From Actinomycetota bacterium (lineage in GTDB: Bacteria; Actinomycetota; Acidimicrobiia; Acidimicrobiales; JAMCPL01): 64,000 bases of DNA. The stretch spans positions 72,185-136,184 of the forward strand of contig JAMCPL010000014.1 of the NCBI GenBank assembly GCA_023379675.1, given 5' to 3'. Shown here piece by piece: positions 1 to 9,018 of the stretch. The notes beneath the pieces were generated by a model that was not told the DNA's origin, searched no databases, and was given only the letters and a program-made list of their open reading frames with translations. A program made the position numbers and the translations under genes. How positions within the stretch are numbered: position 1 is the stretch's first letter; every line of letters starts with the position of its first letter.

Positions 1-1165
1 TGGTCCGTCCCGATACCCTGTCTGGGGAGGCGATATCTGGAGCCTCCAGCATATCGAGCGCATGGCCGACCATCTCCTCAGTGGTGATCGTTGCTCCACC
101 TGCCTTGAGCAACGGTCTGAGAATGACGCTGCCTGCTGCAACCCGCTCCACCTCTCTGGCCCACTGGCCCCGGTTCATCTCGGCCACCACCACCATCTCC
201 GCATTTTGCAGAGCACCTCTCAACATTTCGTCCTGCGCTGGCCAGAGCAGCCGCGGACGCCACAGCCCAGCTCTTATACCCCTGCTGCGGAGTGTATCCA
301 CCGCCGCCTTGGCGGTTCGCCCGGTGATACCGTAAGCCACGAGCACCAAGGTGGCGTCATCCATCAGATAGGCCTCAGGCATGACCAGGTCCTTGGCCGC
401 CTGCGCCTTGTTCTCCAGCCTCTCCAGCAACGCAGCCACCACCGATGTGTCGGTGGTGGGAAACCCGCGCTCGTCGTGCATGAGCCCGGTTACGTGGAAC
501 CTGTAGCCTCTGCCAAAATCGGGTAATTCAGCCACGCCGGTGGCATTGGCCTTGTAAGGCCTGAAGGACGGCCCTGCGGGTTGGCTGGAACGAGGGCGTC
601 CGCCGAGGGTCATAGGATCAGGTATGGCCAGATCTACGCCCTCCCTCATATGCCCGACCACCTCGTCGTAGAGCAGGGTGACCGGCATACGCAGAGTCTC
701 TGACAGTCCGAATGCCTGTATGGTAAGGTCGTAGACCTCCTGGACGCCTACTGGTGCAAGCACCACCGCCGCCCGGTCCCCATGGGATCCCCATTGAGCC
801 TGCATGACATCCCCCTGTGAGGGTTGGGTAGGCAGTCCCGTGCTGGGCCCTCCTCTCATCACGTCTACCACTACGCAAGGTATCTCGGCTAGGTAACCGT
901 AGCCGATGTGCTCTTGCATAAGGGAAAACCCAGGGCCTGAAGTGGCGGTCATCGCTTTGGTCCCGCCAAGAGCCGCTCCAAGAACGGCTCCCAGGGAGGC
1001 CAACTCGTCCTCGGCCTGAAGGAAAACCCCTCCGTGCCTGGGGAGCATTCGAGCCATAGCCTCGGCAATCTCCGAGGACGGTGAGATCGGGTAACCGGCA
1101 AAGAACCGGCATCCTGCAGCTATGGCCCCTTCGGCACATGCCTCATTTCCTTGTATCAATCGCAC
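1..1165 (-). CDS. 2-oxoacid:ferredoxin oxidoreductase alpha subunit (KorA/PorA family); C-terminal end runs off the window
   Basis: My own minus-strand translation from GTG at 1165 (GGAG SD a few nt upstream) reads VRLIQGNEACAEGAIAAGCRFFAGYPISPSSEIAE...TATSGPGFSLMQEHIGY...VVAEMNRGQW. The frame stays open to position 1. It is absent from the ORF track because it has no in-window stop. Confidence 0.8.
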   Translation of the reverse strand, partial: MRLIQGNEACAEGAIAAGCRFFAGYPISPSSEIAEAMARMLPRHGGVFLQAEDELASLGAVLGAALGGTKAMTATSGPGFSLMQEHIGYGYLAEIPCVVVDVMRGGPSTGLPTQPSQGDVMQAQWGSHGDRAAVVLAPVGVQEVYDLTIQAFGLSETLRMPVTLLYDEVVGHMREGVDLAIPDPMTLGGRPRSSQPAGPSFRPYKANATGVAELPDFGRGYRFHVTGLMHDERGFPTTDTSVVAALLERLENKAQAAKDLVMPEAYLMDDATLVLVAYGITGRTAKAAVDTLRSRGIRAGLWRPRLLWPAQDEMLRGALQNAEMVVVAEMNRGQWAREVERVAAGSVILRPLLKAGGATITTEEMVGHALDMLEAPDIASPDRVSGRT

Positions 1166-1210
1166 GTTGTATCTCCTCAGCCCTTGTTCTTCCTCAGTCC
1201 TTGTCCTTCG

Positions 1211-2230
1211 CTATTCTCCGCCAGTACCGGCATGCGCCGGTGTATCCACCCAAATCTCTATGGCCATGTCCGGACAGAGCCGGGCGCAGAGGCCACACGC
1301 GGTACAGCGATCCGGCTCGGAAGCCACTACGATGTCAAAACGATCGAGGCTGAGAACCCTTTCCGGACATACGATCACGCAGATGTTGCACCCTTTGCAC
1401 CAATCTCGAAGCACTTCGATACGCGGCATGCCTCCACGCCAGTCTTTCACCGATACATCCGGCCCGTTGAAACCACCGGCGCGAAACGCTCCAGGAGAAA
1501 CCCCCTCCGGCCGTTGGATGTCGTTTGCCTTGATCGAAGATCCGGGCTTGGAACCCGTGGTTTTCTTCCATCGCTCGTACCAGGCACGGCCGTTCTCGAA
1601 CGCAATAAGATTCGCCTGCACTGCCTTCGGTGGTACCGTAGCCGCTATAGCCTCCCGCCAAGTCTCTTGGGACAGCCCCATATCCACAGACAGCGCTCCG
1701 AGCAGGACGGTCTGAGCAATGACCGGCCGCTCTGCTGCGGCCTCACCAGCCACGGCATAAGTATCCACAGGAACAACGCCTCGAGGTACTCCGGCCCCCA
1801 ATGCATAATCAATCTTGCCTCCCAAGCGGTCCGCAAATGCTGTAGGCGGTATCCGCCGTTCAGTACTCATAAAGGCCACCCCCCCTGGCTTCAGGTACTC
1901 GAGAAAACGCAATCCTTCCTCCCACTCGAGGCCGATGATCCACTCAGCCTGTTTGGGCTCCAGCATCACCGAGTGAACCTCGTGGCCGAAACGGACATGG
2001 CTCACCACCGTACCACCTCTCTGAGACATGCCGTGAACTTCTGACTTCTTCACATCCAACCCAGATTCGAGGCAAGCCAGGGAGATGATGTTACTGGCCA
2101 TTATGATCCCTTGACCACCTACGCCTGCCAGCACAAGGTTACCTTGGGATACGGCGGGTTCATTGGCCTCCTTCGAGTCTCCAGCCTGCTCGACTAGTTT
2201 GCCCGGTTGATCGATAGTCTTGACCGTCAC
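1211..2230 (-). CDS. 2-oxoacid:ferredoxin oxidoreductase gamma domain (IorB/PorG family) fused to a C-terminal 2x[4Fe-4S] delta/ferredoxin domain
   Basis: N-terminal LVLAGVGGQGIIMASN is a gamma-subunit motif. The C-terminus carries CKGCNICVIVCP and CTACGLCARLCP. The start was trimmed to GTG 2230, which forms a GTGA overlap with the iorA stop and has a GGGGGA SD upstream. Confidence 0.75.
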   Translation of the reverse strand: MTVKTIDQPGKLVEQAGDSKEANEPAVSQGNLVLAGVGGQGIIMASNIISLACLESGLDVKKSEVHGMSQRGGTVVSHVRFGHEVHSVMLEPKQAEWIIGLEWEEGLRFLEYLKPGGVAFMSTERRIPPTAFADRLGGKIDYALGAGVPRGVVPVDTYAVAGEAAAERPVIAQTVLLGALSVDMGLSQETWREAIAATVPPKAVQANLIAFENGRAWYERWKKTTGSKPGSSIKANDIQRPEGVSPGAFRAGGFNGPDVSVKDWRGGMPRIEVLRDWCKGCNICVIVCPERVLSLDRFDIVVASEPDRCTACGLCARLCPDMAIEIWVDTPAHAGTGGE

Positions 2231-4236
2231 TGCCGTCCCCCTTGGTTGGAAGAGACGGAGACACCCGTCGAGGCCGTAGAAGCTGTCACCAACTGGCTGC
2301 TGGAGGCAAATATCGCTCCTTGTGGACAGATCTGGGCGCAGACTGTGCATCCGGAACAGAGCGTTGCGTCTATGCGCACTCGCTTGGGCATGACGTCAAG
2401 GCTCAAGTCCCACACCAGAGCAGGGCACCCCAGGTTCATGCACAACTGGCAACCATCACAGCTGTCGATGTCCACGTAGTACACCGGCCCACGAATCTTC
2501 TCTGGTGACTCCGCGCACGCCCTGACGGTGACCACCACGGATACACCATCTTTGGAGATGGCGTTCTCTATGGCCCTTCTCGTGGCGCCCACGTCATAAG
2601 GATCCACCACCGCCAATGAAGCCACCCCGATGGCTTTGCAAATAGCCGGGATGTCCACCTTCGGAACTGATCCTCCACGGATATCCACGGCATTGGCCGG
2701 ATTCGGCTGTCCGCCGGTCATGGCCGTTGTTCCATTGTCAAGTATGACAACGGTCAGATTGGCCTCCCTGTGGACCGCATCAATCAGAGGCGGGATGCCC
2801 GCATGAAGGAAGGTAGAATCGCCGAGCACTGCCACTACCGGCCTTCCTCCGGTACTGCCTGCCTTGGCCAATCCTACGGCCATACCCACACTTGACCCCA
2901 TGGAAAGGCAGGTGTCCATAGCCGAGAGCGGATCGGTGGCTCCGAGTGTGTAGCAACCAATATCACCAGTCACTACTGCATCAAGCTCTCTCAACACAAA
3001 AAACGTGGTAGCATGCGAACACCCCGAACACAACAGGGGAAAGCGAGGACCGACCGGATCAATGGATGGACCGGCAACACTGCCGGCGGTCTCTCCGGCG
3101 GTCTCTCCAGAAGGTTCGAGTATCCCGGCCGCCTGGAATCCGACACGCACCAGGTGGGGGGAGAGTTCGCCATAACGGGGAAAGAACTCCTTACCCTCCA
3201 CCGGCACACCCAACAACTTCAAAGCTTCCTCGAGGTAAGGCTCCAGCTCTTCCACCACGAAAAGCCGATCGACCTTGGAGGCAAAATTTGTCAAACTCTC
3301 CTTGGGAAGGGGGAAGGTAAGTCCCAGCTTGAACACGCTGGCATGAGGCAACACGTCCCGTACATACTGGTAAGACATACCGGAGGCAATCACCCCTATG
3401 CTCTTGGAACGTAGCTCCTCACGGTTGAAGGGCGCCTCCTCCGCCCACCTCTCCATCCTGGACAGGCGCTCGAGATGCGCCACATGCCGGGGCCTGGCAT
3501 TGGCAGGAAGCATCACGTACTTGCGAGGATCGCGGCGGAACTCGCCCGAACGGTGCTGCTCCGCAGGCGAGGCGATCACTCTCGATAAAGCGTGAGAGGT
3601 ACGAGTGGTCGTACGCAGGATGACCGGAGTGTCCCACTGCTCGCTCACTCCAAACCCGGCCCGAGTGAAGTCATAGGCTTCCTGGCTGTCAGAGGGTTCG
3701 AGCAAAGGTATCCCTGCAAAACGGGCAATGTAACGGTTGTCCTGCTCGTTCTGGGAGCTGTGCATACCAGGGTCGTCGGCGTTGAACACGACCACACCAC
3801 CGTTCACCCCGATGAACGGGCTTGTCATCAGGGAGTCTAGGGCCACGTTGAGCCCAACGTGCTTGGTCGTGACTATCACCCGCTTCCCTGCCAAAGAAGC
3901 GCCCATGGCTACATCCATGGCCACTTTCTCGTTGGTGGACCACTCCACGTAGATATCTGATTCAGGCGTGATCTTTGCTATGTATTCCAAGACCTCTGTG
4001 CTCGGAGTCCCCGGGTACCCCACAGCCATGTCCGCTCCGGCATGCCACGCGGCCAACCCGATGGCCTCATTGCCGGAGAGCAGAGCCTGATGCCTGGAGT
4101 GGGCGATGGAACCGTTGCCAGCTGGCGCCACGGCCACCACCGGCGTACCACCTGACCTCTTGCGCCCATTGTCGCCATTGGCACCTGCTGATGCGCTCGA
4201 GCCGTTGCCAGGCTCGGTACCTGCCACCATCTTCAT
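2227..4236 (-). CDS. iorA: indolepyruvate:ferredoxin oxidoreductase alpha subunit
   Basis: 669 aa. It contains LLSGNEAIGLAAWHAGADMAVGYPGTPSTEVLEY, the TPP region GDSTFLHAGIPPLIDA, and C-terminal CDGCQLCMNLGCP / CSGCTVCAQICP clusters. Confidence 0.85.
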   Translation of the reverse strand: MKMVAGTEPGNGSSASAGANGDNGRKRSGGTPVVAVAPAGNGSIAHSRHQALLSGNEAIGLAAWHAGADMAVGYPGTPSTEVLEYIAKITPESDIYVEWSTNEKVAMDVAMGASLAGKRVIVTTKHVGLNVALDSLMTSPFIGVNGGVVVFNADDPGMHSSQNEQDNRYIARFAGIPLLEPSDSQEAYDFTRAGFGVSEQWDTPVILRTTTRTSHALSRVIASPAEQHRSGEFRRDPRKYVMLPANARPRHVAHLERLSRMERWAEEAPFNREELRSKSIGVIASGMSYQYVRDVLPHASVFKLGLTFPLPKESLTNFASKVDRLFVVEELEPYLEEALKLLGVPVEGKEFFPRYGELSPHLVRVGFQAAGILEPSGETAGETAGSVAGPSIDPVGPRFPLLCSGCSHATTFFVLRELDAVVTGDIGCYTLGATDPLSAMDTCLSMGSSVGMAVGLAKAGSTGGRPVVAVLGDSTFLHAGIPPLIDAVHREANLTVVILDNGTTAMTGGQPNPANAVDIRGGSVPKVDIPAICKAIGVASLAVVDPYDVGATRRAIENAISKDGVSVVVTVRACAESPEKIRGPVYYVDIDSCDGCQLCMNLGCPALVWDLSLDVMPKRVRIDATLCSGCTVCAQICPQGAIFASSSQLVTASTASTGVSVSSNQGGRQ

Positions 4237-5561
4237 ACGGATGTCTCCTTTCGCCCACCTGCTGGTACGGTTTCCTTCTCCATGGCCAGCTCCACTGCAA
4301 CTTTAGCCTCGTCATCGTGCAGCACGTGCGTAGAACGCTTCGCAACATCCAAGATAGCCGACACCAGCTCGGGCGACTCCTCGATACCATGTTGACGTAA
4401 CCAGAACAGTGCGTTCCAGCGCCCGCTCATCGGACCCACCAGTATGCGCTGCTCTCTGCCGACAAGTCCAGCCGGAACGGCGGAATAGATACGATCGGCG
4501 AGCCATGCCTCACCCATTTCATATGCCTTGGCCACCGCTGCTGCATGCACCCCTGTGCTGGTGGTGAACGCATCCTCACCGACCACCGGGTAGTTGCGTG
4601 CAATGGGAAAACCCGTCATCTCACTGGCCAACTCGCAATAGGCGGGCAACCCGGTCAGATCCGCTTCCATCCACCCCAGAAGGACGAGGTTGACCACCAG
4701 GGTATCCATAACCGCGTTGCCTACCCGTTCTCCTACGCCCAACGCGCAAGCGTGTACCCGAGTGGCGCCGGCCGACAACGCCATCAAGTTGTTGATCAAA
4801 TCAAGGCCTCGGTCTCTGTGCCCATGGTAATCGATCTCGATAGCGGGGAAACCGGCCTCGTCCAAGTCTTTACGCAAGAAACTGATGACACGCTGAACAC
4901 CCACAGGAGTGGCTTGCCCAACCGTATCCGACACGCATACCCGGGCGGCCCCAGCGTCAGCGGCTGCCCGGTAAAGACGTGACAGATCACCTGGCCGGGC
5001 TCTGGTGGTGTCCTCAGTGACGAACATGACCTCCACCCCCTGGCTCCTGGCATAGCCAATTGCCCTGGTCGCGGTTTCCACCAGGTAATCGAGATCCCAA
5101 CCCTCCACGAGCTGCCTGATCGGGCTCGAGCCGAGGAACAGTGCTGCCCGTATGGCCAAACCGGAGCGCTGGCAGGCCTCCAGGATGGGGTTGATATCAT
5201 CAATGTGAGTGCGCCCTGCGCAGTTCGCCTCGATGGACAGCCTCTCGTTACGGATCGTCTCGGCCAGCTTGACCACATCGGAAAGCGCAGCACTGCCTGC
5301 CCCCGCATATCCGATGTCTGCGGAATGGATGCCCAACGCGGGCAGCAAGCGCAGGAATACTTGTTTCTGCGCCAGCGTAGGCTGCAGCGTAGAGGGAGAC
5401 TGCAGACCGTCACGAAGCGTTTCATCGTTCAAGATGATCTTCGAAGGCGGTTCGAACGAGCAACTCGGTGGATCCACCTGATTCCAATCAAAGACAAGCT
5501 CCGAGAACTCGGGGAGGTTAGACGTCTGCGAACCAGAAGACAACTTAGCGGTCTCATCCAT
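4233..5561 (-). CDS. LeuA-like 2-isopropylmalate/homocitrate synthase family (HMGL-like aldolase domain) enzyme
   Basis: It contains ILNDETLRDGLQSP, EIDYHGHRDRGLDLINNL and ALGVGERVGNA motifs. Its stop overlaps the iorA start. Confidence 0.75.
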   Translation of the reverse strand: MDETAKLSSGSQTSNLPEFSELVFDWNQVDPPSCSFEPPSKIILNDETLRDGLQSPSTLQPTLAQKQVFLRLLPALGIHSADIGYAGAGSAALSDVVKLAETIRNERLSIEANCAGRTHIDDINPILEACQRSGLAIRAALFLGSSPIRQLVEGWDLDYLVETATRAIGYARSQGVEVMFVTEDTTRARPGDLSRLYRAAADAGAARVCVSDTVGQATPVGVQRVISFLRKDLDEAGFPAIEIDYHGHRDRGLDLINNLMALSAGATRVHACALGVGERVGNAVMDTLVVNLVLLGWMEADLTGLPAYCELASEMTGFPIARNYPVVGEDAFTTSTGVHAAAVAKAYEMGEAWLADRIYSAVPAGLVGREQRILVGPMSGRWNALFWLRQHGIEESPELVSAILDVAKRSTHVLHDDEAKVAVELAMEKETVPAGGRKETSV

Positions 5562-5727
5562 CGCTCCACCTCATCTTCCCTGCCGTACCGGCAGTTCGGC
5601 CACTCCTGAACGGAACATTCCGGACGGCGCACTTGATACGATCCACAATCTTCACCAGATCGTGACCACGTTCGAAACACCCCTTCATCGGCAGGACCCG
5701 CCACCCCTCTCGTATACCAACAACCAT
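5554..5727 (-). other. 57-codon upstream ORF whose N-terminus is paralogous to the BcrC/BzdN-like subunit (relic or leader ORF), translationally coupled to the leuA-like gene
   Basis: The context is gcgcGAGGtggctATG. The peptide MVVGIREGWRVLPMKG... compares with MVVRMLEGWQDLPIEG... at 19142. Its stop lies in ATGGATGA, overlapping the leuA-like ATG. Confidence 0.4.
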
Positions 5728-5852
5728 AGCCACCTCGCGCTCTCTTCGGCTCGCAGAATAGTTCTCTGAGCCATGTCCTCCACCTCTGGGCAGCCATTCA
5801 CAATCCAAGCCATCAAGCATCCGATCCCAGCTATCCGGCCACTCTCCAGCAG

Positions 5853-5921
5853 AGTTTAATCAACCAACCGTTCAATCAAACTATATGTATGTATCATATA
5901 CCTGTCCGTTGCAAATTGCAA
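5853..5921 (-). promoter_or_regulatory. Promoter (-35 TTGCAA 5916-5921, 17-bp spacer, -10 TATGAT 5893-5898) plus conserved 24-nt box ATTGAACGGTTGGTTGATTAAACT (5853-5876)
   Basis: Copy A of a four-copy cassette (the others are at 9093-9152, 19312-19370 and 22720-22779). It is read in the orientation of the downstream minus-strand operon. Confidence 0.6.
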
Positions 5922-6040
5922 TAGCTCCGAGTATGTATTACCGGAAGTTTTTGGCAGGGTTTGTTTTCCCGTGGTATTGTTCACCTAGTATCGTAATAGC
6001 ACTCAGACGACGATCATTGAGTGATAGCATGGGCTAAGTA

Positions 6041-6148
6041 TATCGTAACAGTACTGTAATATCGTAACAGTATTGTAAGATTGCTTGTATGTATACAAGC
6101 CGGTGCCCTGATATATACTCAGGAATCATACGTATACGTATACGTAAT
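6041..6148. repeat. Cluster of candidate operator repeats upstream of the aryl-CoA ligase gene
   Basis: A tandem 19-mer is present: tatcgtaacagtactgtaa (6041-6059) and tatcgtaacagtattgtaa (6060-6078), containing the ACAGTACTGT palindrome. An 8-2-8 inverted repeat gcttgtatGTatacaagc lies at 6083-6100. A (TACGTA)n palindromic run lies at 6128-6148. Confidence 0.5.
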
Positions 6149-6176
6149 ACACCAGTGGCAAGCATGAGGAGGCGCC

Positions 6177-7760
6177 ATGGCAGAGCCGTTCAATGCAAGC
6201 AGTTACTTAGTCGACACCAATGTCGAGAGGGGGCAGGGGGACGACACCGCCCTATACTGCAGGGGTGCGAAGCTCAGCTATGCAGAGCTGCTTGCCAATA
6301 TCTCCGATGCCGCCAGGGGTCTCAAGGAGCTGGGCGTAAGGCCTGAGGAGAGAGTGCTCCTGGTCATGGCCGACGAGCCGGAGTTCCTCGCCGCCTTCTT
6401 GGGTGCTATGCGGATAGGCGCCATACCCGTGCCGGTGAATACCATGCTCACCGCTGAAGAGCTCATTCACATAGCCAGAGACTCCCGGGCTCGTTGGGCC
6501 ATAGCCAGCGCTTCCTTTGCCCCAGAAGCCATCAAGATGGCATCTGGGTCCTCCGAAGTGGAGGCCATCCTGCTCACCGGTCATGTAGACATTCTTGCCC
6601 TGGCCGGCCGGGAATCGGCATCCCCGGCCCGTGCCGGCCTGCACATCCACCAGTGGAACAGCTTCATGGACGGCACGGGGGATTTCTTCCCTCCCCATGC
6701 CACCTGGGACGAGTCTCCAGGGTTCTGGCTGTACACCTCCGGCACCACCGGCAGGCCATATGCCGCCATGCACCGTCATATCGACCTCAAGGTAACCGTG
6801 GACACCTACATGCGCACAGTTCTTGCCATCTCCTCCTACGACCGATGCTTCTCCGTGGCAAAGCTCTTTTTCGCTTACGGTCTGGGCAATTCGATGACCT
6901 TCCCTCTGGCCGGCGGCGCATCCACCGTGCTCGACCCGGCAGCACCCACTCCCGCCTCGACGGCTGCTATCGTGTCTGAGTACAGACCAAGCCTCTTCTT
7001 CGGAGTACCTACCTTCTATGCAGCCTTGCTCGCATCGGATATCGCCCAGGACACATTCAGATCCGTGCGGTTCGGAGTGTCGGCAGGCGAGCCACTGCCT
7101 GCGAGCATCTTCCACCGCTTCCGCGATCGGTTCGGCGTGGAGATACTGGACGGCATAGGCTCGACTGAAGCTCTGCACATCTTCATATCCAACAAACCAG
7201 GTGACATACGGCCAGGCACCACCGGAACGGCGGTGGACGGTTACGAGTTGCGCCTGCTGGATGACGGGGGTAGCCCGTGTAAGCCCGGCGAACCGGGCAA
7301 CCTCGAGCTCAGAGGTGACTCCATAGCGACCGGCTACTGGTGCAATGCCGCCAGTAGCCGGTACAGCTTCAAAGGTGAGTGGCTGCACACCGGAGACATG
7401 TATTCCTGCTCCGACGATGGCTACTATACATACCTCTCTCGCTCGAACGACATGATCAAGGCCGGAGGCATTTGGGTTTCCCCGTCCGAAGTGGAGGCGA
7501 CCTTGATCGAACATCCTGACGTACTGGAGGTAGGGGTGGTCGGCTTCCCTGATGAAGAGGGCTTGGACAAGCCGGTAGCCTGCATAGTGCCCATGCCCGG
7601 GCACTCGATCTCAGAAGAAGAGATCATAGCTTTTGCTCGGCAGAAGTTGGCGCCATTCAAAAGACCTCGACGGATAATTGTCCTGGACACCCTTCCGAAG
7701 ACAGCTACCGGCAAGATACAGCGGTACAAACTGCGTCAAGCCCTCGCTGCCGGAGAATGA
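6177..7760 (+). CDS. aromatic acid-CoA ligase (benzoate / 4-hydroxybenzoate-CoA ligase family)
   Basis: GAGGAGG SD at 6166-6172. AMP-binding motifs are WLYTSGTTGRPYAAMHRH, GEWLHTGDMY and KTATGKIQRYKLR. Confidence 0.85.
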   Translation: MAEPFNASSYLVDTNVERGQGDDTALYCRGAKLSYAELLANISDAARGLKELGVRPEERVLLVMADEPEFLAAFLGAMRIGAIPVPVNTMLTAEELIHIARDSRARWAIASASFAPEAIKMASGSSEVEAILLTGHVDILALAGRESASPARAGLHIHQWNSFMDGTGDFFPPHATWDESPGFWLYTSGTTGRPYAAMHRHIDLKVTVDTYMRTVLAISSYDRCFSVAKLFFAYGLGNSMTFPLAGGASTVLDPAAPTPASTAAIVSEYRPSLFFGVPTFYAALLASDIAQDTFRSVRFGVSAGEPLPASIFHRFRDRFGVEILDGIGSTEALHIFISNKPGDIRPGTTGTAVDGYELRLLDDGGSPCKPGEPGNLELRGDSIATGYWCNAASSRYSFKGEWLHTGDMYSCSDDGYYTYLSRSNDMIKAGGIWVSPSEVEATLIEHPDVLEVGVVGFPDEEGLDKPVACIVPMPGHSISEEEIIAFARQKLAPFKRPRRIIVLDTLPKTATGKIQRYKLRQALAAGE

Positions 7761-8680
7761 CCCTGTCCGGCAAGTGGGCTGGATCCGCCAGCGGCAACCT
7801 CCCCCAACAGCGATGATGCAGTATCCACAAACAAATTGGCAAGCACTTCCGGAGAAAGACCCAGCTCGAGGATACCTTGCACCGTCCTGCTGATCGCTGG
7901 GGTGGACGGCCAGTCGCTCCCAAAGATCACCTTGTCCGAGATCCGTGGCAGGTCCGGCAGGTACTCGAGCAAGCGGTGCGGGGGGATACCTGATATCTCC
8001 AGGTACACCTTGTCGTGGGTACGAGCCAAGATGGTGGCCTCTGCAGTCCAGGCAGGACGCCCACAATGTGCGAGAACCACCGGCAACGAAGGAAAGTCGG
8101 CAGCTACATCGTCCAGGTGGATGGGAAGCGCGTACTTGAGACGCGAATTGGCAAAGACCGAGCTGCCTGTATGGAACACGACAGGCCAACCAAGCTCTTC
8201 GGCCAGCTCGTAGCAGCGGTAAAAGCGCCGGTCGTTAGGATAGATGAATTGGTAAGAAGGATAAAGCTTGAGACCCCTGGCTCCCCGGGCCGCCCAGGAT
8301 AAGAGCTTGCCCATGTAATCGTGTTCGGTCTGGATATTCAGGGAGACGAACGGCACCAGACGATCCGTCTGGGTGCAGTACTCCAGCACATAGTCGCTTG
8401 GTACATTGATGCCTATCCCGGGGGTTTCCTGGGCCAGCACTACCGCTCGCTCGACTCCTGCAGCATCCAGTTGCGCCAGCATCGTCTCGAACGGCACAAT
8501 CTCATCCCCGACACCAGGCGGAGGCTCTGCGCCGGTACCGTGGCCCATCTGTGGGTTGGAAGCTTCGATCAGATCCCTCACCACCGGAGAAGCGAGGCCT
8601 GACATCCTGAAAATGTGGACATGAAAGTCGATCCAACCCTTTCTCGATACCTCCCCATCCACCGCTTCTGTTCCTTCCAT
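7736..8680 (-). CDS. amidohydrolase_2 (ACMSD/LigW-like metal-dependent hydrolase or decarboxylase) family protein
   Basis: Motifs are WIDFHVHIF, VVFHTGSS, LAHCGRPAW and FGSDWP. The start was trimmed to ATG 8680 (GGAGA SD 5 nt upstream). The track start at 8737 is a GTG without an SD. Confidence 0.7.
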   Translation of the reverse strand: MEGTEAVDGEVSRKGWIDFHVHIFRMSGLASPVVRDLIEASNPQMGHGTGAEPPPGVGDEIVPFETMLAQLDAAGVERAVVLAQETPGIGINVPSDYVLEYCTQTDRLVPFVSLNIQTEHDYMGKLLSWAARGARGLKLYPSYQFIYPNDRRFYRCYELAEELGWPVVFHTGSSVFANSRLKYALPIHLDDVAADFPSLPVVLAHCGRPAWTAEATILARTHDKVYLEISGIPPHRLLEYLPDLPRISDKVIFGSDWPSTPAISRTVQGILELGLSPEVLANLFVDTASSLLGEVAAGGSSPLAGQGHSPAARA

Positions 8681-9018
8681 CCATTTCTCCGTGCTCTCTT
8701 TGCGCAGCCAAGAAGTCTCATCACTATCCAGTGGCACTACACGATTTCACCGGCCCTTCCCGACGGAACCAGTCTCGGGCCGGTCGCTTAAACCCAGGTC
8801 CACCCCATAGTACCAGCCACTGGCCATGCAAGGCCCGCGGCAACAAGTGGCGGGCATGCTATGGCCGGGGCCGGCCGGGGCCATACCGGTCATGATCCCG
8901 CCGTCGCCATAACATGCCGGCTTCTAAACCATGTGTTCAGGCACCGGCAGGCCTAGAAGGCAAGCACGGATAAATGTGGTAGCCCACCCCGTTTGATTCA
9001 ACGAATCACCAACCCTGA

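Noticed and set aside
618-1139. 173-aa Arg-rich ORF in the ORF track
   Set aside because: It is out of frame with the clear KorA/PorA-like reading frame on the same strand. That frame starts at GTG 1165 and stays open to the window edge.
6252-7604. 450-aa ORF antisense to the aryl-CoA ligase gene
   Set aside because: It is Arg/Gly/His-rich with no recognisable motifs. It lies entirely opposite a gene with clear AMP-binding signatures. This is a typical stop-poor antisense frame of high-GC DNA.
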